Of a DNA stretch of 64,000 bases, positions 25,031-40,049 are shown in pieces. This DNA is from Eledone cirrhosa (taxonomy: Eukaryota). The position numbers and the translations under genes are program-made. Each line of letters starts with the position of its first letter. Within the stretch, counting starts at the first letter, position 1. The notes under the pieces were generated by a model. The model searched no databases. It was given only the letters and a program-made list of their open reading frames with translations, and had not been told where the DNA came from. Location of the stretch: positions 46,190,001 to 46,254,000 of the forward strand of contig OZ024742.1 in assembly GCA_964016885.1 (NCBI GenBank), given 5' to 3'.

Positions 25031-26579
25031 GGCATTCTAATAGTAAATTACCAGAAAGTGGAAACAGATAATCACTGGAAACAGATAATCAGATTGTTAT
25101 AAAAAGTATGAGATTTCCATAAATGATAGATTACTAGTAACTGCATATTAAGAGAAATAAAATATATTCAGAGATGTATTGCCAAACCAAATTACCATAT
25201 TTCCTTCAAGAATAATGTATGTACTCAGGCTAAATTCAATCGTATCCATCTACCATTTTAAAGTTATAAAAATAAAGTCCCAGTCCAGAACAGGGAATTG
25301 ACTTAATTGTTAGATCCCTTGACATAACGCATTACGATGTCTATCTCAGCTCTTAGATTATGAGTTCGTCTGTGACGGCAATGGTGTTAAATTGTATCAG
25401 CGTTGACTTTTCTGTTGGATAACATCGATAGCGTGGTGAAAATAGACGTGTATCCTGTGGGTAAATACTGTTGTTTTGTCATAAAAACCCTAGCCCATGC
25501 CTGCACCTGACCGACATATATCTTAGAAATTAGGATGCACTTTAAGGTAAATATTTCTAAACAGGTTGAATGACCCTGTTATACAATTTCAGTATCTTGC
25601 TTTATCGATTTTTAGGTGTTTGGATTTTTATTTTCTATAATACTAGGAACAAATTCTATCAATGATTCCAATTTTTTTCATTAAATAGCACTGAGTTCCA
25701 TAGGAAGAAAACAACTTCTTTTTATATTTTCATATGGAGGATACATTGCTACAATAAACAATTTTTCTGCCTTCTTAACTAAATCCAGGTAATTTAATCT
25801 GATTAGATAGAGAAGTGGTCCCGTAACAAAAAATCATACATTTGAGAAGATCTGAGTCAAGCTAAAGATATTTCCTTAGTCATTAAATATCAGTAAAATG
25901 GCACCGACAAAATTTATGTTGGTGAATTTAAAACACAGATTGATGCCGATCTCAAAATTATCTTTATACAACAAAACCTCCCCTCGCAACGAATAAAGAA
26001 ATAAAATAAGAACCACGTTAATTTTGCTGCAAGAAATTGCGCGACCGACTGGAGGCAACAAAATCCTGAAACGATATTAAACTGCGATTACAATTATTAC
26101 GCTTCACGGGAGAGAAAAATAAAATTTCTGTCATGGCTTAAAGCATCAAGGAAGATTACTAAGACGGTTCTTGTATTTTTATTTATTTATTATATAATAC
26201 AAGCGAGTTTTCGGAAAAAAATATTTGTGTAAAATTGTTTTATCTCTCTTTTTGTACTTAATATCTTTGCTTTAGCTTAGCTTTATACCACTTTCCCTCA
26301 GTCCCATTCCTGTCAGTTTTGAATGTTTATCCCTCACCTAATACAAATTCACTAACATATGTCATCATCATCACAATCCTTCTGATCCTTGCTCTATTCA
26401 GCACCATCTCACTATCTGCTACAAGCGCCAAGAGCACGTGTGGGCTCTAACCCTAACATGGTTGGAGCAAGTGACTTAAATCTAGGCATTCCTCTAATCA
26501 CAAATACTTACTGGAACAAACAGTGCAAAGCATTTCGTCTGTCACTTTAACAAACTCGTCAACCCACCGCTCCGGATAA

Positions 26580-26696
26580 GTACATATTTTACCGACCCCG
26601 ATAGGATGAACGGTAAAGTTGACATTGCAAGAATTTGAATTCAGAGTGCAAAAGGCATTTGGTTCTATGCGTTAACGACATTACTAATTCGCCACC
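26580..26696 (-). mobile_element. Old SINE copy
   Basis: CGACCCCG..AGGATGAA.GG.AAAGTTGAC...ATTTGAA.TCAGA...AATTCGCCACC. Confidence 0.65.
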
Positions 26697-27825
26697 TACA
26701 CTTGCCGTTTAAAAATGAGAAGAATGAACTAAATGGGAAAATACATCTAGTATAGTGTTATATAGTTTCTAATAATTGATATTCCTCTTATGGCACGTAG
26801 AATAAAATAAGGAGAAAATATAAAAAAATTGAAAATTAAGACAAACAAAACTATGTAGTTTCATTCCCTATTATGAGTAGTTTTATCGAATACAATGCAA
26901 ACATTGATAAAATATGATTGCGTGTTTCATTTTTTCCGTCAATATTCCATTTAATAAAACGAAGTGATTTTAAACTACCATCTGAATGGACGACTTCGAA
27001 TCTGTTGTCTGTAAAATGTTATTACCAAGGTAGTTGGTATTGGTATAATTTGTAAACACAACAGTCGAAACTCACATCTAATTTAGTTTATATCTATATA
27101 TTTCTCCACAACTCCTCAAGTTATGAAACTTTTAAAAGTCGGTAGATATTAAAATCTAGATATCGACACAGAGAGGTTTATGATTGTAAGAAATAAAATA
27201 TTTATTTGAGAGGTACGCCAGCAAGTTTTATTAGCTACAAGATACAAGATTGAGGTTTTTCCCCTACAAGAACTAGTTATTCTTATTTATTGACACAAAT
27301 AATTTCTTTGTTCACGTAGCGCTTAGTAGCCGCTGCCCAGAACGTATGGTATAATTATTTTATTGTCTATAGTTGGTGATTTGACAGAGTCGTTAGCGAA
27401 TCATATTAAATATCTTGATATTTGTTCTAGTTCACCACACTGATTTTTAATCCCACAGAGGATAACTATAATCCTTTCAGGGTCAATAAATAAAGAACCA
27501 GCCCATGGGGGATATTGGCAGAATTATTAAAGAGTCGAACATATTGTTTTGCGGTATCTTATCCGACTTTGAACGTTCTGAATTCAAATATCACCTCTTG
27601 CTGAATAGATAATATTAACAAACGGAAGCATTGCTTCTTTGGTCTGAACTGACAATTGTTTTTTTTTGCTTTTTACTTGATTGTTATATTTCTAATTAAC
27701 TCCTCAGACATTGCCACATACACTAATTTTAATTAATAACCATATTACTTACTAAAGCCAATTGTCGGATAACTAACTCGTTTCTTTAATTGTTAATCAT
27801 ATATGTGTCGGCGCGCATATGTATG

Positions 27826-27886
<61 letters not shown>

Positions 27887-27938
27887 ATATTTATATGTAT
27901 ATATCTGTATATGTATAATCGTATGTGCACAAACACTG

Positions 27939-28010
<72 letters not shown>

Positions 28011-28274
28011 CTATATACACCTGATATCATACACACACACATATATCCAAATGGCTGACTGAACACAGATGTTCTTTACATTACATTAAAAGGATCTTAT
28101 CTATTTCTTCCACTTCTTATTCACTTCTATCTTTCTATTTTTCTTTTACTTTTCATTCTATATTCTGACGAAGGACTATACCAAGCGTTAAACTAATATA
28201 AATCTTTACTGTACTGTATCGTTTGTTGTGTTATTTTCTGTTTACTTTTCGCGCACACACACATATATATATAT

Positions 28275-28700
28275 GAAGTTATATCTGTATAAATACAGAG
28301 TGTGTAACCAAGACTGCAGCAATATGTATAAATATATACATATATCTGTTATGTAGGCATGCAAACATACCAGAAAATACGGGTTTCTCTGTAAATTGAA
28401 AAAATAATAAATATCTTTAATTGATTTTTGGATCTAATTGAACCCTCATCAGGTGATGTAAGTATCATCTAATCAACCACAAGAAAACATGTATGTGATG
28501 GGTATATATTTTCATTCGTTCTTAGTATTATTCTGAAATTGACATACTAATTTGTATATAATTAGCGCTCGTCTTGGTAATTAATTGAGATATATAGTAA
28601 AAAAGCCCTAGCAGCCGAAGAGTTTCATAAATTTATATCTATATAAATACAGTGCGTGACTGAGACTGTACCAACGTGTATATATTTATATATACACTAT
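28275..28700 (-). mobile_element. Old ~355-bp partial-tandem unit with decayed hammerhead (28410-28460)
   Basis: Direct repeat ATATCT.TATAAATACAG at about 28281 and 28635; minus strand CTGATGA-GGGT tcaattag ATCC-AAAA. Confidence 0.45.
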
Positions 28701-28905
28701 ATTCATACAGATATAACTACACCCCCGACATGACCACAGCCAAAGAAAGTGGTTAACCAGGAAGGTACTCCTCAAATAGGAGAAGATCCTGGGTTGGATT
28801 GGATTGGAGCTTTATCATGTACTTCAGTTACTAGCGAACTTCTTAACACACAAACACACACACACACACATATATGTAGTATTTTAAATTGCATGCGGAC
28901 TTTAT

Positions 28906-28994
<89 letters not shown>

Positions 28995-28995
<1 letters not shown>

Positions 28996-29410
28996 ACGTA
29001 GGCTGAGCTCTCCGCTCTTCGCAAACTTCGCCGTAGCGATGACATTGTCATCAAACCTGCTGACAAAGGTGGCGCTGTGGTGGTTTGGAGCGCTGACCAC
29101 TATAGGGCTGAGGCTCTCCGCCAGCTTCACAATACCCTTTTTACCGCCCTTTATTCGCCGACCCCACTTCTGGCTACCAACAACTTGTGTCCTCCACCAC
29201 CCACGAGCTCATCTGCTCCTCTCTCCTACCCCATACAGCCACCTATCGTTTCTGCGTGCAACTGCCCCACCGAGATAATTTCTGAATATTTAGACATCAT
29301 CCTCGCCCCGTTGCTCGGCAATCTCCCCTCCCACATCCACGATACAAATCATGCCCATAGACTCTTAAACTCCTTCTCCTTCCCTCCTGGTCCCTCCCGT
29401 CTTCTCTTTC
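28995..29410 (+). mobile_element. Penelope/Poseidon-type PLE RT N-terminal fragment
   Basis: DDIVIKPADKGGAVVVW...Y.AEALRQL; PIVSACNCPTEIISEYLDIILAPL...SHIHDT. Confidence 0.85.
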
Positions 29411-29423
29411 CACATCATGCAGA

Positions 29424-29684
29424 TATAGTAGCTGTGACGGCCGCGTTGGAGAGAATAGTGTATATGTATGCATGTGCACATTCCCCCCACTCACACACGC
29501 ACACACATATACATATTCATTTATTATAACTAAGTAGAGAGTTTTGTTACTCTGGAGTTTTGCCCGTGCACATGATCTGTAACTGCGTAGGAGAAACTCC
29601 GGTGTGACAAGACCCACTACTTAATCATAATAAATGAATATTTAAACTGTATTGAGTGATCTTTTCTCTCATCCGTCAACTACA
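29424..29684 (+). mobile_element. Possible solo LTR
   Basis: Imperfect terminal inversion TATAGT..TGACGG / CCGTCA ACTACA, internal AATAAA; no TSD seen. Confidence 0.3.
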
Positions 29685-29742
29685 CACGTATATATATATA
29701 TATATATATATTCATGTATATATATATATACATATATTCATG

Positions 29743-29780
<38 letters not shown>

Positions 29781-30120
29781 GCCATTTTGAATTCGTTTCT
29801 GGCGGAGATCACTTAAGAAAATCATTTGTCCAAACGAGTTTGTTTCCTGGTGAGTTCGAAGCTCGAGATTTTATCCTTAATAGGATATTTCCAAATGCGA
29901 ACGAAACCCGAGGGTAAATATTCTATGGCGGTTGGCCGCGAAGAGATTGCTGTCGTTTATTTATCTACTATTTCTTCATAGGTGCCTTTTAATCTTATAA
30001 CCTGGTCTAATTGATTTTTTGTGTGGTTAATTATGGTAATTGGGAGAGGAAATGGTGTATATATATTATCAAATGATTCTATGGACATACTTTATAGTAT
30101 ATATATATATATATATATTC

Positions 30121-30245
<125 letters not shown>

Positions 30246-30270
30246 TGTATATATATATATATATATATTC

Positions 30271-30363
<93 letters not shown>

Positions 30364-30424
30364 TGTATATATATATATATATATATATTCATGTATGTAT
30401 ATATATATAGTTTTAATATAGATG

Positions 30425-30475
30425 AGATTCTACAGGACTAGAACTGCTTCATTCTTTAGAAATCATCAGGAATCT
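30425..30475 (-). ncRNA. Hammerhead motif (GAAA>GAAG) in a 380-bp insert within (TA)n
   Basis: AGATTC-CTGATGA-T TTCT aa AGAA T-GAAG-CAG ttctagtc CTG-TA-GAATCT. Confidence 0.7.
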
Positions 30476-30794
30476 GGGTATCAAAAAATAAGTATGGTAT
30501 TTATAGGTCTCTTCAGGTGGTAGGAAAGGGTAGGGAGTGGGATGGGTGTAGGTCATTGGTTGATAGAAAAGGGAATTCATTAAAAGCTAATTCTTCAAAG
30601 CTATAGTTTATTTTTATTTTTAGAGTAACAAAGGCAGAAAGAATTCTATAAACAAGTTCGGGATGGGGTGCCACTCCTTATTTTTAAGTTTCTCTTAAGC
30701 TAACAATGCCTAGATATCAGGTGTCTATAAGATCATTGGGGGTCAGTCATGGTTGATGGATTTAAAGAAAAGGGAGAATCTTTAAAAGCTATTC

Positions 30795-30861
<67 letters not shown>

Positions 30862-30958
30862 TGTATATGTGTATATATATATATTCATGTATATGTATAT
30901 ATATATATATTCATGTATATATATATATATTCATGTATATGTATATATATATATATTC

Positions 30959-31082
<124 letters not shown>

Positions 31083-31147
31083 CTATATATATATGTATGT
31101 ATATATATATATGTATGTATATATATATATATATTCATGTATATATA

Positions 31148-31516
31148 TCTATATATATAAAACAGAGGATGTCTGTCTGTGTGTTTGTTTCCCTAAAACT
31201 CGAGAAGTACCCAACCGTTTTTTTCAAACTTTACACATGCAACCCGTATGGCCCCAGAAGTGTTTTGAGTAAAAGAAAATTTCAAATTATTCTGTCCTAG
31301 GGATCGAATTAATGAAGTGGCCAATGTCTGTACATAATGAGGGAGTGAGAGGGGAGAGAAAGAAACGGAGAGGCAAAGTGAAGAAGTGGCTCTCTATTCC
31401 TCCTCCTCATTCTCCCCATTCGTCACATCGTTTTTTCGATAGAGGGGAGAAATGTGAACGAGTTACAGAGAGAAAGTGTGAGAGTGAAAGAAACAGACAG
31501 ACTAAAAGAGGGAGAT

Positions 31517-31589
<73 letters not shown>

Positions 31590-32302
31590 CAGACGCCGTC
31601 TTTTGAGAGTTGTATGCGTCAAAGATACATGACAGTGGAATAACTATTGCGTGTGTGTGTACGTGCGCGCGCGTGTGTGTGAGTTTGTGTGCGTTTGCAT
31701 GCGTGAGTGTGTATGTGTGCGTGAGTGATTATAAACTCTCTCACATGGTCTGATGGAATTAACCCTTTAACATTTACATTACTCTATATATACTATATTA
31801 TTTTCATGGTAAAGGCTTTATCTCACATCATATAAAAATCTCATAGATTTAATATTATTTATTTTGAGAACAATACCTTAACCCTTTAGTATTAATGTGA
31901 GTGAGTTATAAAGAGAAAGAGTGAGAGTGAAAGAAACAGACAGACTAAAAGAGGGGGATGGCGAGAGAGAGAGACGCTGGAAGAGGGGAAGGACAGCTAT
32001 ATGTCTTGCTGTCTGCATTACAATACATATATATACACACACACACTGATCGCATCATAATGACGTAATGCAGACAGCCAGACATACAGACAGATATTAT
32101 AAGGGCGCATCGTTATATCTATGTATCTATCTAAAAAGAAAGACTATGAATTATAGAGAGAGATCGCTAAATCGCCTAATGCGGTCCCTAGGGCATTGAA
32201 AATTTGAAATAGTTTTTGTTCAAAAAACTATCAGGACCATAAGTATTACATGTGTAAAGTTTGAAAACAATCGGTTGGGTGGTTCTCAAGTTTTAGTGAG
32301 CT

Positions 32303-32334
<32 letters not shown>

Positions 32335-32516
32335 TAATTCTCTGTTTTAGATATATAGATATATATATAATTATATATTCGTGTACAGATTTTTGCATAC
32401 ACAATAACAAAATATAAATAAACGTATTTATTTCACGAGGCTCAATAAGGATAAATATATATCAAATATATAAGAACCCTAGAGCAAATCCCGAGTAACG
32501 CCGGGTCATTCTTCTA

Positions 32517-32517
<1 letters not shown>
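31148..32517 (+). mobile_element. Non-autonomous Helitron containing an inverted second 5' end
   Basis: A|TCTATATATATAAAAC start; CCCGAGTAACGCCGGG hairpin + CTAG|T end; 32186-32359 is a diverged reverse complement of 31148-31300. Confidence 0.8.
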
Positions 32518-32592
<75 letters not shown>

Positions 32593-32594
32593 TC

Positions 32595-32645
<51 letters not shown>

Positions 32646-32648
<3 letters not shown>

Positions 32649-33546
32649 GGTGTTCGGGATAAATTTGACAGTTTCATCAGGAAAAAGAAAAAGTGCTTGG
32701 TATCTACAAAATTTATTTGGTTTAAAAGATATTCAATGGAGAAGGAAATTACACTATTGTCAAAGAGTTTTACTCAAAATAACCTCCATTAGCGTCTATT
32801 ACAGCCTCAATCCGGGCCCGGAACCTAGAGCAAGCTGATTTTACACTTTGCCTGGGAAGGCCCTCAAAAACTACTTTAATTCTGTCGATTAACTGGGCTT
32901 TTGTAGTACTGGCACGGCGATTGGTGTCTTTCTCTACAGCGCCCCATACATAATAGTCCATCGGGTTAAGATCAGGGGAGTTCGGAGGCCAAACATTGGG
33001 ACTGGTGTAGTCGTAAAACTTGGCTGACAACCATTTTTGACTTTTCCCCGAGGTGTGGCAGGGGGCCGAATCCAGCTGCCATACATACGGCCTATTATTG
33101 GCTACCCTTGTTATCCAGGGCTTCAATTCATGCGACAAAGACCGAATTCCGATGCCAGGGTCCTCCAACACTTTTTTCTGCAGATTTTCGAGGAATTCTG
33201 CTGTGCGAGAGCAATCAGATCTTCTGTTATGTTTCTTTCTTCTAGCCACAGCCTCGTAGTCTCCATTGCAATTCTCCAGTTCATGCCGGATTGTTTTTAC
33301 AGTGTTCAGGGAGCATTGAGCAGCGACCATAATCTCCTTATTTTGATGGCCGGCGCGAATCATCATGATACAAGTTATTCTCTTCCATGATTCAGGTGGC
33401 TCCCAGTCATCCATTCTCGTTGTCATCACATATATGAATGAAGGAGGGTTTAAACTTTCAAATAAAGCCTAGTGGGCATGAATGAATTTAAAACATCTGA
33501 AAAAACAACCAAATATTATTCTGTCAAATTTATCCCGAACACCCTG
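32646..33546 (-). mobile_element. Tc1/mariner-superfamily maT (DD37D) transposon, internally deleted
   Basis: Perfect 26-bp TIRs CAGGGTGTTCGGGATAAATTTGACAG, TA flanks. Confidence 0.95.
32770..33429 (-). CDS. 219-aa truncated maT transposase (HTH region fused in frame to catalytic C-terminus)
   Basis: WQLDSAPCH...[16 protein letters not shown] with 37 residues between the two Asp; region with the first catalytic Asp is absent. Confidence 0.8.
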   Translation of the reverse strand: MMTTRMDDWEPPESWKRITCIMMIRAGHQNKEIMVAAQCSLNTVKTIRHELENCNGDYEAVARRKKHNRRSDCSRTAEFLENLQKKVLEDPGIGIRSLSHELKPWITRVANNRPYVWQLDSAPCHTSGKSQKWLSAKFYDYTSPNVWPPNSPDLNPMDYYVWGAVEKDTNRRASTTKAQLIDRIKVVFEGLPRQSVKSACSRFRARIEAVIDANGGYFE

Positions 33547-33553
33547 TATACTC

Positions 33554-33633
<80 letters not shown>

Positions 33634-33677
33634 ATATATGTATATATATATATACATGTATATATATATATATATTC

Positions 33678-33734
<57 letters not shown>

Positions 33735-33736
33735 TG

Positions 33737-33833
<97 letters not shown>

Positions 33834-34121
33834 AAATAACGAAACGAAATTAAACTTCGTTTCGTTTGTAACTCACTTTTGTATGACTGACGCTTAAACA
33901 ATTAAGTTAAAGATGTACATCCATATATGTATACTGAAATACTAGCATGTATATGAATACACACACGCATACATATGTAGATGTACCAAGTTCTTTCCCT
34001 GGTCACTTTACTGCGAGTGGCCAGCTATTCTGTATGTAAACACACAGACAAACCGGTTTTTAGAGTCATACTGGTTTTTGAGGAAACACCTTTCCTCTAT
34101 TCTCCAGAAAGCCAGACAAGG

Positions 34122-34166
34122 AATATTGAACTAGTTTCGTTGTTGTTACAACTCATCAGCAATATT
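34122..34166 (-). ncRNA. Type I hammerhead ribozyme, array copy 1
   Basis: AATATTG-CTGATGA-GTTGT aaca ACAAC-GAAA-CTAG-TT-CAATATT. Confidence 0.92.
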
Positions 34167-34588
34167 TACCTATCTTCCGGCCTCTCTAGAGAATCGTAAA
34201 AGCACATATCGTTATATGCTTTTTCTATGAAAATTAGTAGTGGGCAGACTAATTTGCATAGAGTGTGAGTAAGTACCGGTTCAACGGAGACGATAAAAAC
34301 AAATAACGAAACGAAATTAAACTTCGTTTCGTTTGTAACTCACTTTTGTATGACTGACGCTTAAACAATTAAGTTAAAGATGTACATCCATATATGTATA
34401 CTGAAATACTAGCATGTATATGAATACACACACGCATACATATGTAGATGTACCAAGTTCTTTCCCTGGTCACTTTACTGCGAGTGGCCAGCTATTCTGT
34501 ATGTAAACACACAGACAAACCGGTTTTTAGAGTCATACTGGTTTTTGAGGAAACACCTTTCCTCTATTCTCCAGAAAGCCAGACAAGG

Positions 34589-34633
34589 AATATTGAACTA
34601 GTTTCGTTGTTGTTACAACTCATCAGCAATATT
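34589..34633 (-). ncRNA. Type I hammerhead ribozyme, array copy 2
   Basis: Identical to copy 1. Confidence 0.92.
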
Positions 34634-35055
34634 TACCTATCTTCCGGCCTCTCTAGAGAATCGTAAAAGCACATATCGTTATATGCTTTTTCTATGAAAA
34701 TTAGTAGTGGGCAGACTAATTTGCATAGAGTGTGAGTAAGTACCGGTTCAACGGAGACGATAAAAACAAATAACGAAACGAAATTAAACTTCGTTTCGTT
34801 TGTAACTCACTTTTGTATGACTGACGCTTAAACAATTAAGTTAAAGATGTACATCCATATATGTATACTGAAATACTAGCATGTATATGAATACACACAC
34901 GCATACATAGGTAGATGTACCAAGTTCTTTCCCTGGTCACTTTACTGCGAGTGGCCAGCTATTCTGTATGTAAACACACAGACAAACCGGTTTTTAGAGT
35001 CATACTGGTTTTTGAGGAAACACCTTTCCTCTATTCTCCAGAAAGCCAGACAAGG

Positions 35056-35100
35056 AATATTGAACTAGTTTCGTTGTTGTTACAACTCATCAGCAATATT
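35056..35100 (-). ncRNA. Type I hammerhead ribozyme, array copy 3
   Basis: Identical to copy 1. Confidence 0.92.
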
Positions 35101-35185
35101 TACCTATCTTCCGGCCTCTCTAGAGAATCGTAAAAGCACATATCGTTATATGCTTTTTCTATGAAAATTAGTAGTGGGCAGACTA

Positions 35186-35204
35186 ATTTGCATATTATGC
35201 AAAT
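35186..35204. promoter_or_regulatory. Inverted pair of octamer motifs (ATTTGCAT / ATGCAAAT) at the array axis
   Basis: Exact POU/Oct consensus, one per monomer (also 34252, 34719, 35664); function inferred only. Confidence 0.4.
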
Positions 35205-35289
35205 TAGTCTGCCCACTACTAATTTTCATAGAAAAAGCATATAACGATATGTGCTTTTACGATTCTCTAGAGAGGCCGGAAGATAGGTA

Positions 35290-35334
35290 AATATTGCTGA
35301 TGAGTTGTAACAACAACGAAACTAGTTCAATATT
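35290..35334 (+). ncRNA. Type I hammerhead ribozyme, array copy 4
   Basis: Identical to copy 1, opposite strand. Confidence 0.92.
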
Positions 35335-35756
35335 CCTTGTCTGGCTTTCTGGAGAATAGAGGAAAGGTGTTTCCTCAAAAACCAGTATGACTCTAAAAAC
35401 CGGTTTGTCTGTGTGTTTACATACAGAATAGCTGGCCACTCGCAGTAAAGTGACCAGGGAAAGAACTTGGTACATCTACATATGTATGCGTGTGTGTATT
35501 CATATACATGCTAGTATTTCAGTATACATATATGGATGTACATCTTTAACTTAATTGTTTAAGCGTCAGTCATACAAAAGTGAGTTACAAACGAAACGAA
35601 GTTTAATTTCGTTTCGTTATTTGTTTTTATCGTCTCCGTTGAACCGGTACTTACTCACACTCTATGCAAATTAGTCTGCCCACTACTAATTTTCATAGAA
35701 AAAGCATATAACGATATGTGCTTTTACGATTCTCTAGAGAGGCCGGAAGATAGGTA

Positions 35757-35801
35757 AATATTGCTGATGAGTTGTAACAACAACGAAACTAGTTCAATAT
35801 T
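35757..35801 (+). ncRNA. Type I hammerhead ribozyme, array copy 5
   Basis: Identical to copy 1, opposite strand. Confidence 0.92.
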
Positions 35802-36045
35802 CCTTGTCTGGCTTTCTGGAGAATAGAGGAAAGGTGTTTCCTCAAAAACCAGTATGACTCTAAAAACCGGTTTGTCTGTGTGTTTACATACAGAATAGCT
35901 GGCCACTCGCAGTAAAGTGACCAGGGAAAGAACTTGGTACATCTACCTATGTATGCGTGTGTGTATTCATATACATGCTAGTATTTCAGTATACATATAT
36001 GGATGTACATCTTTAACTTAATTGTTTATATATATATATATATTC

Positions 36046-36098
<53 letters not shown>

Positions 36099-36111
36099 TG
36101 TATATATATAT

Positions 36112-36187
<76 letters not shown>

Positions 36188-36191
<4 letters not shown>

Positions 36192-36603
36192 AAGCAAATT
36201 ATAAACGTAAACATGTAAGTATGTTTTTGAAGCGGTGGCCGAGTTTGAAATTAGAAATTAGAAATTATAAGCTTTCACCGTATTTTAGACTAAAGAAATT
36301 TTTAGCCTGATAGTGGGGTTTATAACCCTCGGAGAAATGGAAAAAGATGAGTGTTGCCGTACATGGGAGTCGAACCCACATCTTTGGTTATCCAGACCAC
36401 TGTGCTACCATTACACCAATACACATCCCATCTCCTTCCATTCGAATTAGAAGCTATGAACTTAGCAAGTAAATGATAAACAAGCAAATTATAAACGTAA
36501 ACATGTAAGTATGTTTTTGAAGCGGTGCGCGAAAATACGGTGAAAGCTTATAATTTCTAATTTCTAATTTCAAACTCGCGCACCGCTTCAAAAACATACT
36601 TAC
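36188..36603. mobile_element. 290-bp unit carrying a tRNA-like gene, with partial tandem and inverted tail
   Basis: Direct repeat CAAGCAAATTATAAACG at 36191 and 36481; inverted copy about 36526-36603; preceded by (TA)n. Confidence 0.8.
36355..36425 (-). pseudogene. tRNA-like cloverleaf (anticodon GGA, short variable loop, Gln-like D arm) with T5 terminator
   Basis: TGTGTAT-TG-GTGT AATGGTA GCAC-A-gTGGT CTGGATA ACCAa-AGAT-GTGGG TTCGACT CCCAT-GTACGGC-A; TTTTT about 10 nt downstream; acceptor stem 5/7 paired. Confidence 0.7.
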
Positions 36604-36865
36604 GTGAGACTGTTGCATACACTGGCTACTCCAAACTTTCCTCTTGCTTTATCTTCGTAAATTGCCAATGCTTGATTTAATTTTAATTTTAATTTTAATT
36701 TTAACTTTAATTTTGTCCTTTAATATAACTGTAATCTTTGTATGTAAATTGCCATGCTATATTATTATAATGGATGTCAACCCACTGTGTGTCAATATAT
36801 ACATATGTTTCTATATGTCTCTTGTGTTGAAAAGGAGGTCAATTATGTAAAAAATCACTAAATAA

Positions 36866-36914
36866 TTGCTCCGAAGACTCCAAACCTCGGTTTGGAAGAA
36901 ACAATTGTAAGCAA
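36866..36914 (+). ncRNA. Type I hammerhead variant (CCGAAGA core)
   Basis: TTGCT-CCGAAGA-c TCCAAACC tc GGTTTGGA a-GAAA-CAATTG-TA-AGCAA. Confidence 0.75.
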
Positions 36915-36947
36915 ATAAATGATTTAAACTGAACTTTGATTCATGTA

Positions 36948-39990
<3,043 letters not shown>

Positions 39991-40049
39991 TGTATCCCAA
40001 CAATACAATTTAAATAGAACTTTTACATATATATATATATATATATATA

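Larger units (their letters stand above)
33830..36028. mobile_element. Retrozyme/pLTR-like array: 467-bp HHR monomer, ~2.9 copies (-) joined head-to-head to ~1.8 copies (+)
   Basis: Period 467 (33981/34448/34915; 35257/35724); inversion axis at 35195; both ends run into (TA)n; one HHR per monomer. Confidence 0.92.

Noticed and set aside
28160-28195. CTGACGA-AGG actata CC-AAGCGTTA as an active hammerhead
   Set aside because: GAAA box destroyed and no convincing stem I; counted only as a decayed relic
33981-35942. Five identical 72-aa ORFs (MYQVLSLV...) suggesting a tandem gene family
   Set aside because: By-product of the 467-bp repeat; antisense to the hammerhead strand and without recognisable protein motifs
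33830-36028. CRISPR-like array or read fold-back artefact
   Set aside because: No unique spacers and a eukaryotic context; the SNP order is not mirrored across the axis and arm lengths differ, arguing against a simple chimera (read check still advisable)
36355-36425. Functional tRNA-Ser(GGA) gene
   Set aside because: Top of the acceptor stem unpaired, no long variable arm, embedded in a repeat unit
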